64,000 bases of DNA from an uncultured Gemmatimonadales bacterium (lineage in GTDB: Bacteria > Gemmatimonadota > Gemmatimonadetes > Longimicrobiales > Longimicrobiaceae). The notes beneath the pieces are model-generated. The model was not told the DNA's origin. It saw nothing but the letters and a program-made list of their open reading frames with translations, and did not search any database. Shown piece after piece: positions 43,174-52,835 of this stretch (within the stretch, counting starts at the first letter, position 1; every line of letters starts with the position of its first letter). Both the position numbers and the translations under genes were made by a program. The stretch covers positions 7,136,001 through 7,200,000 of the forward strand of contig OY970303.1 of assembly GCA_963716255.1 (NCBI GenBank). The letters run 5' to 3'.

Positions 43174-43324
43174 GCGGACGCCAGCGCGATGCCCGCGTGA
43201 GGGATTACGGCCCGAAGGGGCGAGACCCGCGGGCAGTTTCGCGGGGCTCGACTCCGTTACGCACGGTCGTTTCGTGCGTTACGGAGCCGAAGCCCGACCC
43301 CCGCGCCCCGCGGGGGGCACGCCC
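43174..43324 (+). repeat. Structured element, copy 4 (core 43195-43324)
   Basis: Arms CGCG-GGCAGTTT-CGCG and ACGCACG-GTCGTTT-CGTGCGT; last hairpin CCCCCGC/GCGGGGG. Confidence 0.95.
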
Positions 43325-43350
43325 GACTCCAGCAGTTCCAAGGTGCCGTC

Positions 43351-44475
43351 ATGAAGCCGGTGCGGGTGGGGCTGATCACCACGCTGGGCAGGAACATCGG
43401 CGACGACCTGATCCGCGAGGGCGTGAAGCGCGTGGTGGCCGCGGCGATGGGCGGCCGGGAGATCGAGTGGGTGATGGTGGACAAGCACTGGCCGCTCACC
43501 GTGTACCCGGAGTGGCACCCGGTCCGGCTGGCGCTCCGCCTGCCGCGCGGCAAGGGCCCGGCGCAGACGCTGGCGCGCACCCTGCTGCACCCGCTGCCGT
43601 TCTCGCGCTTCGACGCGTGCGACCTGGTGGTGCAGTGCGGCGCGCCGGTGCTCTGGCCGGGGAGCCACCGCTCGGAGTGGGCGAAGCCGCTCATGCGCGA
43701 GGTGGTGGGACGCGTGGCCGCGCGCGGGATCCCGGTGCTCAACCTGGCGGCGGGGTCGTGCTACCCCTGGGAGGCGCGCGCCGAGCGGATCGACGACCCG
43801 GCGGAGGCGGCGTACGTGCGGCGCACCCTCGCCGACTGCCGGCTCACCACCGCCCGCGACACCCTGGCCCGCGACCTGTACGCGTCGGTGGGCGCCGACG
43901 TCCCGCTGCTGCGCTGCACCGCGTTCGTGTCCCCGCGCGGCCACGCCGCCGCGGAGCGCGACGACCGCCTGGTGCTGGTGAACTACATGGCCGGGGCGGG
44001 GCACTACGACTGGGACCAGGCGGTGGACGGCGGCGGCTGGGAGGCGACCATGCGGGTCGTCATCGAGCGGCTGCGGGAGCGCCGGCGGGTCGCCTTCCTC
44101 TGCCACACGCCCGCCGAGTACGAGCTGGCGGGGAGGCTGGACCCGTCGCTCCCGCGGCTCCTCCCGCGCACCCCGGCGGAGTACTTCGCGGCCGTGTCCT
44201 CGGCGGCGGGGGCGGTGTGCAACCGCATGCACGCATCGGTGGCGCTGGCGGGGATGGGGATCCCCTCTGTGGCCATCGGCACGGACACGCGGCTGCTGAT
44301 GGTGGACGCGGTGGACGTCCCGGCGCTGTACGTCAAGGACGCCACCGCGGAGCGGGTGCTGGACGAGCTGGAGACGGGGATGGCGCGGCGCGGCGAGGCG
44401 CGGGACCGCCTGCTCGCCGCCAGCGACGAGACGTGGAGCGCGTATGTCGCAGCGGTCGGCGCGGCGCTCGCCTGA
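43351..44475 (+). CDS. Polysaccharide pyruvyl transferase family protein
   Basis: GRNIGDDLI (NxGD), TARD, NRMHASV...GIPS (RxH motif). Confidence 0.78.
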   Translation: MKPVRVGLITTLGRNIGDDLIREGVKRVVAAAMGGREIEWVMVDKHWPLTVYPEWHPVRLALRLPRGKGPAQTLARTLLHPLPFSRFDACDLVVQCGAPVLWPGSHRSEWAKPLMREVVGRVAARGIPVLNLAAGSCYPWEARAERIDDPAEAAYVRRTLADCRLTTARDTLARDLYASVGADVPLLRCTAFVSPRGHAAAERDDRLVLVNYMAGAGHYDWDQAVDGGGWEATMRVVIERLRERRRVAFLCHTPAEYELAGRLDPSLPRLLPRTPAEYFAAVSSAAGAVCNRMHASVALAGMGIPSVAIGTDTRLLMVDAVDVPALYVKDATAERVLDELETGMARRGEARDRLLAASDETWSAYVAAVGAALA

Positions 44476-45628
44476 CCCCGCGGAGGTCCGCAGCGTCCTG
44501 GTGCTGCGGCCCGACAACCTGGGGGACGTGGTGCTCTTTTCCGGGGCGCTGCGCCACCTCCGCGCGCACTATCCCCGCGCGGAGATCACGCTGTGCGTGC
44601 GGCGCTACGTGCGCGACCTGGTGGCGCTCTGCCCGCACGTGGACCGCGTGCTGGACTGGGAAGCGCTGCACGAGCCGCTCCTGGGCGCGCTCCCCGCCTT
44701 CCCGGGGCGGGGGAGGCTGGACGCGGCGCTCCGCTTCGTCCGGCACCGCCTGCGGCTCCGCCCCGACCTCCTGCTCGTTCCCGTGCGCTCGCCCACCGAC
44801 GGGATCCACCAGGTGGCGTGGGCGGCGGGCGCGCGCGCGCGCTTCGCGGTCGCGGGCGACGCCTCCAACGCGGGCGAGGCGTGGACGCGCCGCGCCGCGG
44901 GGGGCTGCGATGGCGTCCTGCGCCTGGACGCATCGCGCCGCGGCGACCACGACCTGCGGGTCACCCGCGACTTCCTCGCGCTGCTGGGCATCGAGGTCGC
45001 CGCGGACGAGCTGCGCCCGGAGCTGTGGACCTCGCCGGAGGACCGCCGCTGGGCCGAGGCCGCCGTGCCGCGCGTGGCGGGCGCGGCGACGCTGGCGATC
45101 GCGCCCGGGGTCACGGCGCCGGCCGGGAAGCTGTACCCGCCGGACAAGCTGGCCCGCGCCGTCGCGCTCGCGGGGGAGGGGCCGCTCCGGGTGGTGCTCT
45201 TCGGGAGCGCGGGGGAGGCGGCGCTCTGCGCGGAGCTTGCCGGCCGCCTGGCCGCGGTCCCGGGTGTGGCGGCGGTGGCGGACCTGTCGGGGCGCACCAC
45301 GGTGCGGCAGATGGTGGAGGGGATCCGCCGCTGCGACCTGTTCCTGGGGCCCGACGCCGGGGCGCTGCACGTGGCCGTGGCGCTGGGCCTGCCCACGGTG
45401 GGGATCGTGGGCGGCGGGCACTGGGGCCGCTTCCAGCCCTGGGGCGACCCCGCGCGGAACCACGTCTGCACGGTGCCGCTGGAGTGCTTCGGCTGCGACT
45501 GGAGCTGCCGCTACGACACGGTCCGCTGCGTGGCGGAGGTGACGCCGGAGGCGGTGGCCCGGGCGCTGCGGGCGGCCCTGCGCGCCGTGCCGGGGCGCGC
45601 GGAGTCCGTGCCGGAGGCCGTCCCGTGA
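44444..45628 (+). CDS. GT9 (ADP-heptose:LPS heptosyltransferase-like) glycosyltransferase
   Basis: LRPDNLGDVVL, GPDAGALHVAVALGLPTV, and a C-terminal CxxCxxxC...C cluster. Confidence 0.88.
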   Translation: MSQRSARRSPDPAEVRSVLVLRPDNLGDVVLFSGALRHLRAHYPRAEITLCVRRYVRDLVALCPHVDRVLDWEALHEPLLGALPAFPGRGRLDAALRFVRHRLRLRPDLLLVPVRSPTDGIHQVAWAAGARARFAVAGDASNAGEAWTRRAAGGCDGVLRLDASRRGDHDLRVTRDFLALLGIEVAADELRPELWTSPEDRRWAEAAVPRVAGAATLAIAPGVTAPAGKLYPPDKLARAVALAGEGPLRVVLFGSAGEAALCAELAGRLAAVPGVAAVADLSGRTTVRQMVEGIRRCDLFLGPDAGALHVAVALGLPTVGIVGGGHWGRFQPWGDPARNHVCTVPLECFGCDWSCRYDTVRCVAEVTPEAVARALRAALRAVPGRAESVPEAVP

Positions 45629-46635
45629 CCGCCGTTCCCACGCTCCGCGACCTCCCCCCGCCGCCGCCGGGGCGGACGGGGTGGCCGTGGACGGAGGCGC
45701 CGCCCCCCGCGCCCGCCACCCTCCCGGACGGGTCGCCGTGGCCGCGCATCACCCTGGTGACTCCGTCCTTCAACCAGGGCGCGTTCATCGAGGAAACCAT
45801 TCGCTCCGTCCTCCTGCAGGGCTATCCCGCCCTGGAGTACCGGGTCTTCGACGGGGGGAGCACGGACGGGACGACGGAGGTCCTGCGCCGCTACGAGCCC
45901 TGGCTGGCCGGCTGGACGAGCGGCCCCGACCGCGGGCAGACGCACGCCATCGCCAAGGGGCTGGACGCGGCGACGGGCGAGCTGTTCAACTGGATCAACT
46001 CGGACGACCACCTCGCCCCCGGGGCGCTGCACGAGGTGGGGCGGGTGTGGGCGCGGGAGAGGCCCCACCTGCTGGCGGGGCGCGGCCTGACGCTGGACGC
46101 TGCGGACCGCGGCCCCGTCCACGACTGGCGCCCCCGCGCGCCCCGGCGCCCCACCGACTTCCTGCGGCCGCACGCCGTGGTCCTGGCGCAGCCCGCCACC
46201 TTTCTGTGCACGGCCATGCTGCGGGAGATCGGGGGGGTGCGCGAGGAGCTGCACTACGTGATGGACTGGGAGCTGTACCTGCGCGCCACCCTGCGCCTGC
46301 GCGGGCGGTTGCGCACGGCGGAGACGCAGGCGCTGCTCGCGGTCGCCCTCCAGCACCCCGCCGCGAAGACCACGGCCCGGCCCGCCGCCTTCGGCGACGA
46401 GGCGCGGCGCGTGGTGCGGGAGAGCCGGCCGCTGTGGCGGCGCGGCGAGTGGGCGCGGATGGCCTCGCGGCTCCGCAGGATGGAGGCGCAGGCCGCGGTG
46501 GGCGAGGCGCTGGAGGGCGCCGCCTCCCCGCTGGCTGCCATCGCGCGGCTCCCCCTGCGCTACCCCGACGTCGTGTGGTCGCGCTTCTGGTGGGGCGGGC
46601 TCCGCCGGGCGCTGGCCCGCCCCGCGCGGCCGTGA
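45625..46635 (+). CDS. GT2 glycosyltransferase
   Basis: PPPGRTGWPW, VTPSFNQG..IEETIRSV, DGGSTDG, WINSDD, YVMDWEL. Confidence 0.92.
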   Translation: MTAVPTLRDLPPPPPGRTGWPWTEAPPPAPATLPDGSPWPRITLVTPSFNQGAFIEETIRSVLLQGYPALEYRVFDGGSTDGTTEVLRRYEPWLAGWTSGPDRGQTHAIAKGLDAATGELFNWINSDDHLAPGALHEVGRVWARERPHLLAGRGLTLDAADRGPVHDWRPRAPRRPTDFLRPHAVVLAQPATFLCTAMLREIGGVREELHYVMDWELYLRATLRLRGRLRTAETQALLAVALQHPAAKTTARPAAFGDEARRVVRESRPLWRRGEWARMASRLRRMEAQAAVGEALEGAASPLAAIARLPLRYPDVVWSRFWWGGLRRALARPARP

Positions 46636-48002
46636 GCGCCCCCGCCCCGGAGCGCGCCCCCAGGCGGGTCCTCGTCGTCAGCTACCACTTTCTCCCCGTG
46701 CACAACGTGGCGGTGAAGCAGCTCGCCGGCTACTGCCGCCACCTCCCCGCCTCCGGGTGGAGCCCGGTGGTCCTGTCGCGCGACTGGAGCGCGGGGCTCG
46801 CGGCGGAGGACGCCGGCTGGGGGCTGAGCTTCGTCGACCAGCCCCCCGGGGTGCCGGTGGTCACCGCGCCGCGCGCCGGGCCGCGGGGGGCGCTGCTGGC
46901 GCTGCACGACCGGCTGGGCCGCGCCACCGCGTCCGGCGCGCACCCCGCGAAGCGCGCCCTGCTGACGCCGCTGCGCAGGGCGATGTCGGCCGCGTGGCCG
47001 CTCTTCGGGCGGTACCCGGACGATCTCACCGGGTGGATCCGCGGGGCGGTGGAGGCCGGCGCCCGGGCCGTCCGGGAGCACGGGGCGGACGCCATCCTGA
47101 GCACCTGTCCGCCGGCCGTGAACCACGTGGTGGCGAGCCGGCTCGCGCGGCGCACGGGGCTCCCCTGGGTGCCGTACTTCGGCGACCTGTACAACTTCTA
47201 CGTGGGCCCGGGCGACTGGCACGGCACCCGCCACCGCCGCGCGCTGGCGACGGCGCTCCACCGCCGCTGGCTCGCCCCCGCGTCGCGGGCGCTGGCGGTG
47301 TCGCCGCGGATGGCGCGCCTGGTGGAAGCGCTGTACGGGGTGCCCGGCGAGGTGGTGGTGGTGGGGTTCGACGAGGAGGACTTCGCGGGGGAGGCGCCCG
47401 CGAGGACGGACGGAAAGCTGCGCCTGGCCCACGTGGGCTCCATCTACCCCGGCGACCAGCGCCCCGAGATGCTGTTCGAAGCGCTGGACCGGGTGATCGC
47501 CGCCGCGCCCGGAGTCGTGGACGACCTGGAGGTGGCGCTGGTGGGATCGCGCTGCGAGGACCGGCTGCGCGCCCTGCTGGAGGGGCGCCCCTGCGCGCGC
47601 GTCTGCCACGTGCGCCCCGGGGTGCCGCCCGACGAGGCGGTGCGTCTGCAGCGCGCCGCCGACGTCCTCCTCCTGTGCAACCTGACCTCGCAGCGGGATC
47701 ACGGCACGCTGAGCTACCCGTCCAAGCTGTGGGAGTACCTCGCCGCCGGGCGCCCGGTCCTCGCCTTTCCCGCCGACGGCGACTTCGTGGACGCGACCCT
47801 GCGCGACACGGGCGGCGGCGGGACGGCCGACGGCGCGGACGAGCTGGCCGCCGTGCTGGCCGGGTGGCACGCGGCGTGGAAAGCGGGGCGGGGGATCCCG
47901 TACGCGCCCCGTCCGGAGCGAGTGGCGCGGTACTCCCGGCGCCGGCAGGCGGAGCGCATCGCCGCGGCGCTGGACGGCGCGTGCGCGGCCGGCGGGCGCT
48001 GA
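46632..48002 (+). CDS. GT4-family glycosyltransferase
   Basis: VLVVSYHFLP, GLPWVPYFGD, GFDEEDF, HVGSIY, PSKLWEYLAAGRPVL. Confidence 0.85.
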   Translation: MSAPAPERAPRRVLVVSYHFLPVHNVAVKQLAGYCRHLPASGWSPVVLSRDWSAGLAAEDAGWGLSFVDQPPGVPVVTAPRAGPRGALLALHDRLGRATASGAHPAKRALLTPLRRAMSAAWPLFGRYPDDLTGWIRGAVEAGARAVREHGADAILSTCPPAVNHVVASRLARRTGLPWVPYFGDLYNFYVGPGDWHGTRHRRALATALHRRWLAPASRALAVSPRMARLVEALYGVPGEVVVVGFDEEDFAGEAPARTDGKLRLAHVGSIYPGDQRPEMLFEALDRVIAAAPGVVDDLEVALVGSRCEDRLRALLEGRPCARVCHVRPGVPPDEAVRLQRAADVLLLCNLTSQRDHGTLSYPSKLWEYLAAGRPVLAFPADGDFVDATLRDTGGGGTADGADELAAVLAGWHAAWKAGRGIPYAPRPERVARYSRRRQAERIAAALDGACAAGGR

Positions 48003-48003
48003 G

Positions 48004-48948
48004 ATGCCCCGGGTCTCCGTCGTCGTCCCGTCGTACAACTACGCGGCGTACGTGGGGACGTGCCTGGCGAGCGTCCTGGGCCAGCGCGGCTTCGCCGACC
48101 TGGAAGTGGTGGTGGTGGACGACGGCTCCACGGACGGCTCGCGCGAGGTGATCGCCGCGTTCCTGGACGACCCGCGGGTGGTGCTCGTGGCGCACGAGGG
48201 CAACCGGGGGCACGTCCGCGCCGTGAACGAGGGCCTGCGCCGCGCCACGGGGGAGTACGTGGCGCGCGTGGACGCGGACGACTTCTGGGACCCGGAGTTC
48301 CTGGCGCGGACCGTCCCCGTGCTGGACGCGGACCCCGCGGTGGGGATGGTGCACACCAACTACCGGCTGGTGGACGGCGACGGGCGGGTGACGAGCGCGC
48401 GCGGAGCCAACATCCCGTACGCGGACGGCTTCCGGGGCGACCCGCTCCCCTGGCTCCTGTTCGACAACTACGTCCCCCCCGCGGGCGCGCTCTTCCGGCG
48501 CGCGGCGCTGGAACTGATCGGGGGCGAGTTCTCCGAGGACGTCCCCTACTCCGAGGACTGGCGGCTCTGGCTGGCGGTGGCGCGCCGCCACCCGGTGGCC
48601 TACGTGGACGCGCCGCTCGCCGCCTACCGGGTGCACGGCCGCAACCTGCACTCGGCGCTCCAGCGCACCCGCCGCGCCGAGGAAGCCGAGCGCCGCATCC
48701 TGGACGAGGTGTTCGCGGACCCGCTCCTGGCGCCGGAGCACCGGGTTCTGCGGGGGCGGGTGTACGCCCGGCACGCGCGCCGCCACGCGGACGGGTACTT
48801 CGGGTTCGGCGACCGGGCGGAGTGTCGCCGCTGTCTGCGCCAGGCGGTTCGGCATAACGCTGCCACGGTGCTGGAGGCGGGGTTCTGGAAGCGGTACCTG
48901 CTGGCGTCGCTGCCGGAGGGGGTGTACCGGGTTCTGAAACGGGGTTGA
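48004..48948 (+). CDS. GT2 glycosyltransferase
   Basis: VSVVVPSYN, VDDGSTDGS, RVDADD, EDWRLW. Confidence 0.93.
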   Translation: MPRVSVVVPSYNYAAYVGTCLASVLGQRGFADLEVVVVDDGSTDGSREVIAAFLDDPRVVLVAHEGNRGHVRAVNEGLRRATGEYVARVDADDFWDPEFLARTVPVLDADPAVGMVHTNYRLVDGDGRVTSARGANIPYADGFRGDPLPWLLFDNYVPPAGALFRRAALELIGGEFSEDVPYSEDWRLWLAVARRHPVAYVDAPLAAYRVHGRNLHSALQRTRRAEEAERRILDEVFADPLLAPEHRVLRGRVYARHARRHADGYFGFGDRAECRRCLRQAVRHNAATVLEAGFWKRYLLASLPEGVYRVLKRG

Positions 48949-48971
48949 ACGGCGGATTGGACGGCGGGTTC

Positions 48972-49121
48972 GGGCGTGCCCCCGGCTGTCGCCGGGGTCG
49001 GGCTTCGGCTCCGTAACGCAGCAAACAACGCTGCGTAACGGAGTCGAGCCCGCGCAAACGGCCGCGCGGTCTCGCCCCTTCGGGCCGAAATCCCTCACGC
49101 GGGGTGGACGCTGGCGTCCGC
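48972..49121 (-). repeat. Structured element, copy 5 (core 48972-49100)
   Basis: Reverse-complement arms GCGC-GGCCGTTT-GCGC and ACGCAGC-GTTGTTT-GCTGCGT; last loop GACA. Confidence 0.95.
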
Positions 49122-49130
49122 GGGGGTGGT

Positions 49131-49690
49131 CCCCCTCACCCCCCGGCCCCCTCTCCCCCGCAAGCGGGGGAAAGGGGGAGCACGGCGACGGCGACCCCCT
49201 CCCCCGGCCCCTCCCCGCAAGGGGGAGGGGAGAGCTACGTGGTGGAGGTCGGGTTCCGGACGAGCCTCCGGCCCTCACCCCCGGCCCCCTCTCCCTTCCT
49301 ACGGTGCACGCGAAGCGTGCGGCGCCATGCCGGGAGAGGGGGAGCACGACACAGCGAATGCCGAGGGTCAGGAAGCCCTCCCCCAGAATTGGGGGAGGGT
49401 GGCGAGCCTCAAGCGAGCCGGGTGGGGGCACACCGACGACGCGGTACGATCTCCGCCCACGCACGAGCAAAGCCCCTCCCTCGCCTGGAAGCACCGGAGC
49501 GTGGTGAGCCAGAGCACGACACCATGGAGCGCGAAGAGCGCCAGCGTGGAGATTCCCCTCTCCCGGAACGGGGGAGGGTGGCGAGCCTGAGCGAGCCGGG
49601 TGGGGGCGCTCGCAGACGCAGCTTGATGCCTGCGACACGCACGAGAAAAAGCCCCTCCCCCAGAAATGGGGGAGGGGTTGGGGAGGGGGC
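49131..49690. repeat. Mosaic of at least six REP-like hairpins and two GCGAG modules
   Basis: Hairpins at ~49131, 49195, 49273, 49376, 49555 and 49652; GGTGGCGAGCCT(n)AGCGAGCCGGGTGGGGG at ~49398 and ~49577. Confidence 0.85.
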
Positions 49691-49695
49691 CCGCC

Positions 49696-49847
49696 GCGGA
49701 CGCCAGCGCGAGCCCCGCGTGAGGGATTTCGGCCCGAAGGGGCGAGACCCCGCGGGCAGTTTCGCGGGGGCTCGACTCCGTTGCAGACGGTCGTTTCGTC
49801 TGCTACGGAGCCGAAGCCCGACCCGAGCGCCAGCGAGGGGCACGCCC
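49696..49847 (+). repeat. Structured element, copy 6 (core 49717-49847)
   Basis: Arms CCGCG-GGCAGTTT-CGCGG and GCAGACG-GTCGTTT-CGTCTGC; last hairpin CCC-GA-GC-GCCA-GC-GA-GGG. Confidence 0.95.
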
Positions 49848-49867
49848 GAACCCGCCGTCACAGCAGT

Positions 49868-50761
49868 TCAAGCCGGCTTCCGCAGCACCAGGCACGCCAG
49901 GTACGGCTTGCGGCACTCCGCCAGCGGTCGCGGCGGCGACAGAAAGATCCGCGAGAGCGGGTAGTACCAGAGACCCCAGACGAGCTTCTGGCGCCCGGTG
50001 CGGTTGACGTAGTGGGCCATGCGCGTGTGCGGGTCGGCGGAGAAGCGGCGCTCCTCCACGAACTCCAGGGACGCCACCTCCAGCCCGGACGGCGCCACGA
50101 GGTTGCGGTGCAGCGTGGCCTCGTCGTAGAAGCGCTGGAAGAAGATCCGCTCGCCCCGCTCGGCTTCGCGCTCGTACACCGCGCCGGCGCGGTACTCGGC
50201 GAAATACTCGCGGGCGAAGGGCACGGTGAGCACGGCCACGCCGCCGGGCGCCAGCACGCGCCCCAGCTCGCGCGCGGCGGGGACGTCGCCGTCGGCCTCG
50301 GGGGCGATGTGCTCGAACACGCTCACCGAGGTGACCAGGTCGAAGGCGCCGTCCGGGTACCCCAGCGTCCGCGCGTCCGCCGGCTCCGCGGCGAGGTTCG
50401 CCAGCTCCAGCTGCTCCGCGGCGGCCCGCGCCCAGCGCACCTCGTCGTCCACGATGTCGGTGGCGCGGACGTCGGCCCCGGGGAGCGCGGCGGCCAGGGT
50501 GACCGGGAGGAGCTTCGGGCTGGAAAGGTCGAGGACCGCGCGGGGGGCGGGCATGAAGCGCCGCACGGCCGCCAGCGCGAACTCCAGCTCGCGCCAGCGC
50601 ACGTAGTCGATGGGGGTCAGCCACGCGACCAGGTTGGGGGGATAGCGCACCAGCCCCGCCAGGCGGCGCAGCTTCCCGCGCAGGGGGCGGGGCCAGCGCG
50701 AGCCCAGCCGCACGCCCAGCCGGTACGCGCTCCACAGGTCGAGGCCCACGGGCGGGCTCAC
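49868..50761 (-). CDS. SAM-dependent methyltransferase-like protein
   Basis: ADARTLGYPDGAFDLVTSVSVFEHI, RVLAPGG. The GTG start overlaps the TGA of the upstream gene. Confidence 0.82.
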   Translation of the reverse strand: MSPPVGLDLWSAYRLGVRLGSRWPRPLRGKLRRLAGLVRYPPNLVAWLTPIDYVRWRELEFALAAVRRFMPAPRAVLDLSSPKLLPVTLAAALPGADVRATDIVDDEVRWARAAAEQLELANLAAEPADARTLGYPDGAFDLVTSVSVFEHIAPEADGDVPAARELGRVLAPGGVAVLTVPFAREYFAEYRAGAVYEREAERGERIFFQRFYDEATLHRNLVAPSGLEVASLEFVEERRFSADPHTRMAHYVNRTGRQKLVWGLWYYPLSRIFLSPPRPLAECRKPYLACLVLRKPA

Positions 50762-51906
50762 CGGGCCGGCCCCGCGGCGGGGTCGGGGAAGTCGCCGTCC
50801 GCGCGCAGCCGGTCGCCCACCACCCGCGCGAACAGGCGGTAGCCCGCCGCGTTGTAGTGCGAGCTGCAGTCGGCGAACAGGGTGCACGGGTCGGCGGCGG
50901 GGCCCAGGCGGCGGAGCATCTCCGGGCCCGCGTGCAGCACGGGGACGCCGCGGCGCGCCAGGGCGTCGGCGAGCGGCTGGTCCGGCCAGCGCCCGGTGCG
51001 GCGCGCGTACACCAGGTCGCGGCCCACGGGCATCAGCACCACCAGCGGCCGCCGCCCGTCGGCGGCGGCCTCGCGGGCGAAGGCGGACAGGATCGCGGTC
51101 GTCAGCGCGAGGCCGCCGGCCGGGTGCGCCGGGTCGTAGAAGGGGAGGTGGCGCGGGACGCCGGCGAGCCGGGCGCGGAGGTGGAAGTCGGCGAGGGCCC
51201 ACCGGACCAGCGCCGCGGTGTACGGGAAGCCGGGCCGGGGGCGCGCCAGGAACGCGTCGTGGGGCAGGTAGCGCTCCGGGTCGTCCGGGAGGGCGCGGAG
51301 GTCGGCCGCGGTGCGCACGGGGACGGGGACGTAGCGCAGCTCGCCGCGCGGGCCCGGGAGGAAGCGCGGCTTGAAGTACAGCTCCTGGTCCGGGTACAGG
51401 AGGACGCGGTACTGGTTGACGTTGCGGAGGATGTTCTCCGAGATGTGCCCCAGCACCACGACCGGGGCGCGGTCCAGGTGGCGCTGCGCCCGCACCAGCA
51501 TCAGCGCCTGGTCCGAGCCGGAGGCGCCGACCCCGTAGTTGGCCACCCGGCACCCCAGCTCCACCCCCAGGACGTGCGGATACGCGCCGTCCTCGCCCAC
51601 CTCGGACCCGGCGGTGAACGACTCGCCGTACGCCGCGGCGCAGGCGGGAACGGTGTCCGGGAACGCCGGGTCGGGGCGCGGCTGGAGCCTCACCACCCGC
51701 CCGGCGCCGTCGACCGCCGGACCCCACCCCAGCAGCGGGTTGCGGTGGGCCAGGTAGTAGCGCACCTGCGCGTCCGACAGCCGCGGGAGCTGCGCCATCC
51801 ACCCGCGCCGCACCAGCACGCCGCACGCGACGGCGGAGGCGGCCTCGGCGAAGGCGAGGACCAGCGCCGCCAGGATCGCGGAAAACAGCAGCTGCTTGCG
51901 GCGCAT
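50758..51906 (-). CDS. Membrane-anchored SGNH/GDSL-hydrolase-like protein
   Basis: N-terminal TM segment, AYGESFTAG (block I-like), NYGVGASGSDQ, and C-terminal SHYNAAGY. Confidence 0.7.
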   Translation of the reverse strand: MRRKQLLFSAILAALVLAFAEAASAVACGVLVRRGWMAQLPRLSDAQVRYYLAHRNPLLGWGPAVDGAGRVVRLQPRPDPAFPDTVPACAAAYGESFTAGSEVGEDGAYPHVLGVELGCRVANYGVGASGSDQALMLVRAQRHLDRAPVVVLGHISENILRNVNQYRVLLYPDQELYFKPRFLPGPRGELRYVPVPVRTAADLRALPDDPERYLPHDAFLARPRPGFPYTAALVRWALADFHLRARLAGVPRHLPFYDPAHPAGGLALTTAILSAFAREAAADGRRPLVVLMPVGRDLVYARRTGRWPDQPLADALARRGVPVLHAGPEMLRRLGPAADPCTLFADCSSHYNAAGYRLFARVVGDRLRADGDFPDPAAGPAR

Positions 51907-51954
51907 GGGACGGCTGCGGGGGGGAGGCGGCGCGGCTCGCCGGTGCGGGGCGTG

Positions 51955-52042
51955 AGATTAACCGTCCCGGCGCCGGCCGCAAGGGGCCGCGCCTTCCGCC
52001 GCGGGCGGCCGGTCTTGCGTGCGCGCGGGAACGGACTATTCT
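51955..52042. promoter_or_regulatory. Putative back-to-back sigma70-type promoters
   Basis: Minus strand TTGCGG-N16-TAATCT (51982-51955); plus strand TTGCGT-N16-TATTCT (52015-52042). Confidence 0.4.
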
Positions 52043-52153
52043 CCTCCCTCTGCTCCCGGACGCCTCCACCACCGGCCCCGCCGGCTCAGACCGGTGCTCC
52101 CGCGGCGGCGGCGCCGGCGAGCCCCCGCATCCGCCCCGACCCTGCCCGCAGAC

Positions 52154-52330
52154 ATGGCCCTCCGAGACGTCGCCGCCCGCCTGGGGATCATGGGCGAGCT
52201 GCTGAGCTTCCTGTGGCAGCGCAGGCTGTGGTGGCTGATCCCCATGGTCCTGATGCTCCTGGTCCTCGGCACCCTCCTGGTGTTCGCCCAGGGGTCGGCC
52301 GCCGCCCCCTTCATCTACACCCTCTTCTAG
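52154..52330 (+). CDS. Small membrane protein, DUF5989/SxtK-like
   Basis: FLWQRRLWWLIP...GSAAAPFIYTLF, the characteristic C-terminus of this family. Confidence 0.85.
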   Translation: MALRDVAARLGIMGELLSFLWQRRLWWLIPMVLMLLVLGTLLVFAQGSAAAPFIYTLF

Positions 52331-52337
52331 GGGCCGC

Positions 52338-52835
52338 GTGGACGCTCCGGGTGCCGCCGCGCCGGTCCTCCTCGCGCTCGTGGGATATTCCTGCGGGAGC
52401 GTCCTCGCGGCCGGCGCCCGCAGGATCGTCCCGGGCCCGGGCGACCTCGCCGCGGTGGCCGCGCTCTGGGCCGCGCTGCTCCTGGGGATCGCGGAGCCGG
52501 GACGGTGGCCCGCCGCGGCCGCGGGCCTCCTCGCGGGAGCGGCGCTGGGTGCCGCGGGGGCGGCGCTCCGGCGGGGGGAGGCCGGCCGCCCGCACGAAGC
52601 CGGGGGCGAGGAGGAAGAAGCGGGAGCGTGGGCGGCCTGGAAGCGCTTCGCCGCGCGGATGGGAAGCTTCCAGGGGCGCATGCTGATGGGCTTCTTCTAC
52701 TTCGTCGTGCTCCCCCCCTTCGCGCTGCTGGCCCGCGCGCGCGGCGAGGGGCGGCCGGACGGGGCCGCCGCGACCTTCTGGCTGCCGCGCCCGGCGGCCT
52801 CCGCGGAGCTGCGCCGGGCGCGCGACCAGTTCTGA
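52338..52835 (+). CDS. SxtJ-like membrane protein
   Basis: WKRFAARMG...LMGFFYFVVLPPFALL...TFW...RDQF; lies between the SxtK-like gene and the carbamoyltransferase. Confidence 0.6.
   Translation: MDAPGAAAPVLLALVGYSCGSVLAAGARRIVPGPGDLAAVAALWAALLLGIAEPGRWPAAAAGLLAGAALGAAGAALRRGEAGRPHEAGGEEEEAGAWAAWKRFAARMGSFQGRMLMGFFYFVVLPPFALLARARGEGRPDGAAATFWLPRPAASAELRRARDQF

Noticed and set aside
49104..49964. ORFs over repeat regions (49104..49964, 60611..60943, 24576..24764, and the MRDFGPKGRD N-terminal extensions)
   Set aside because: These are translations of the repeats. The variation between copies preserves base pairing rather than codons or frame.
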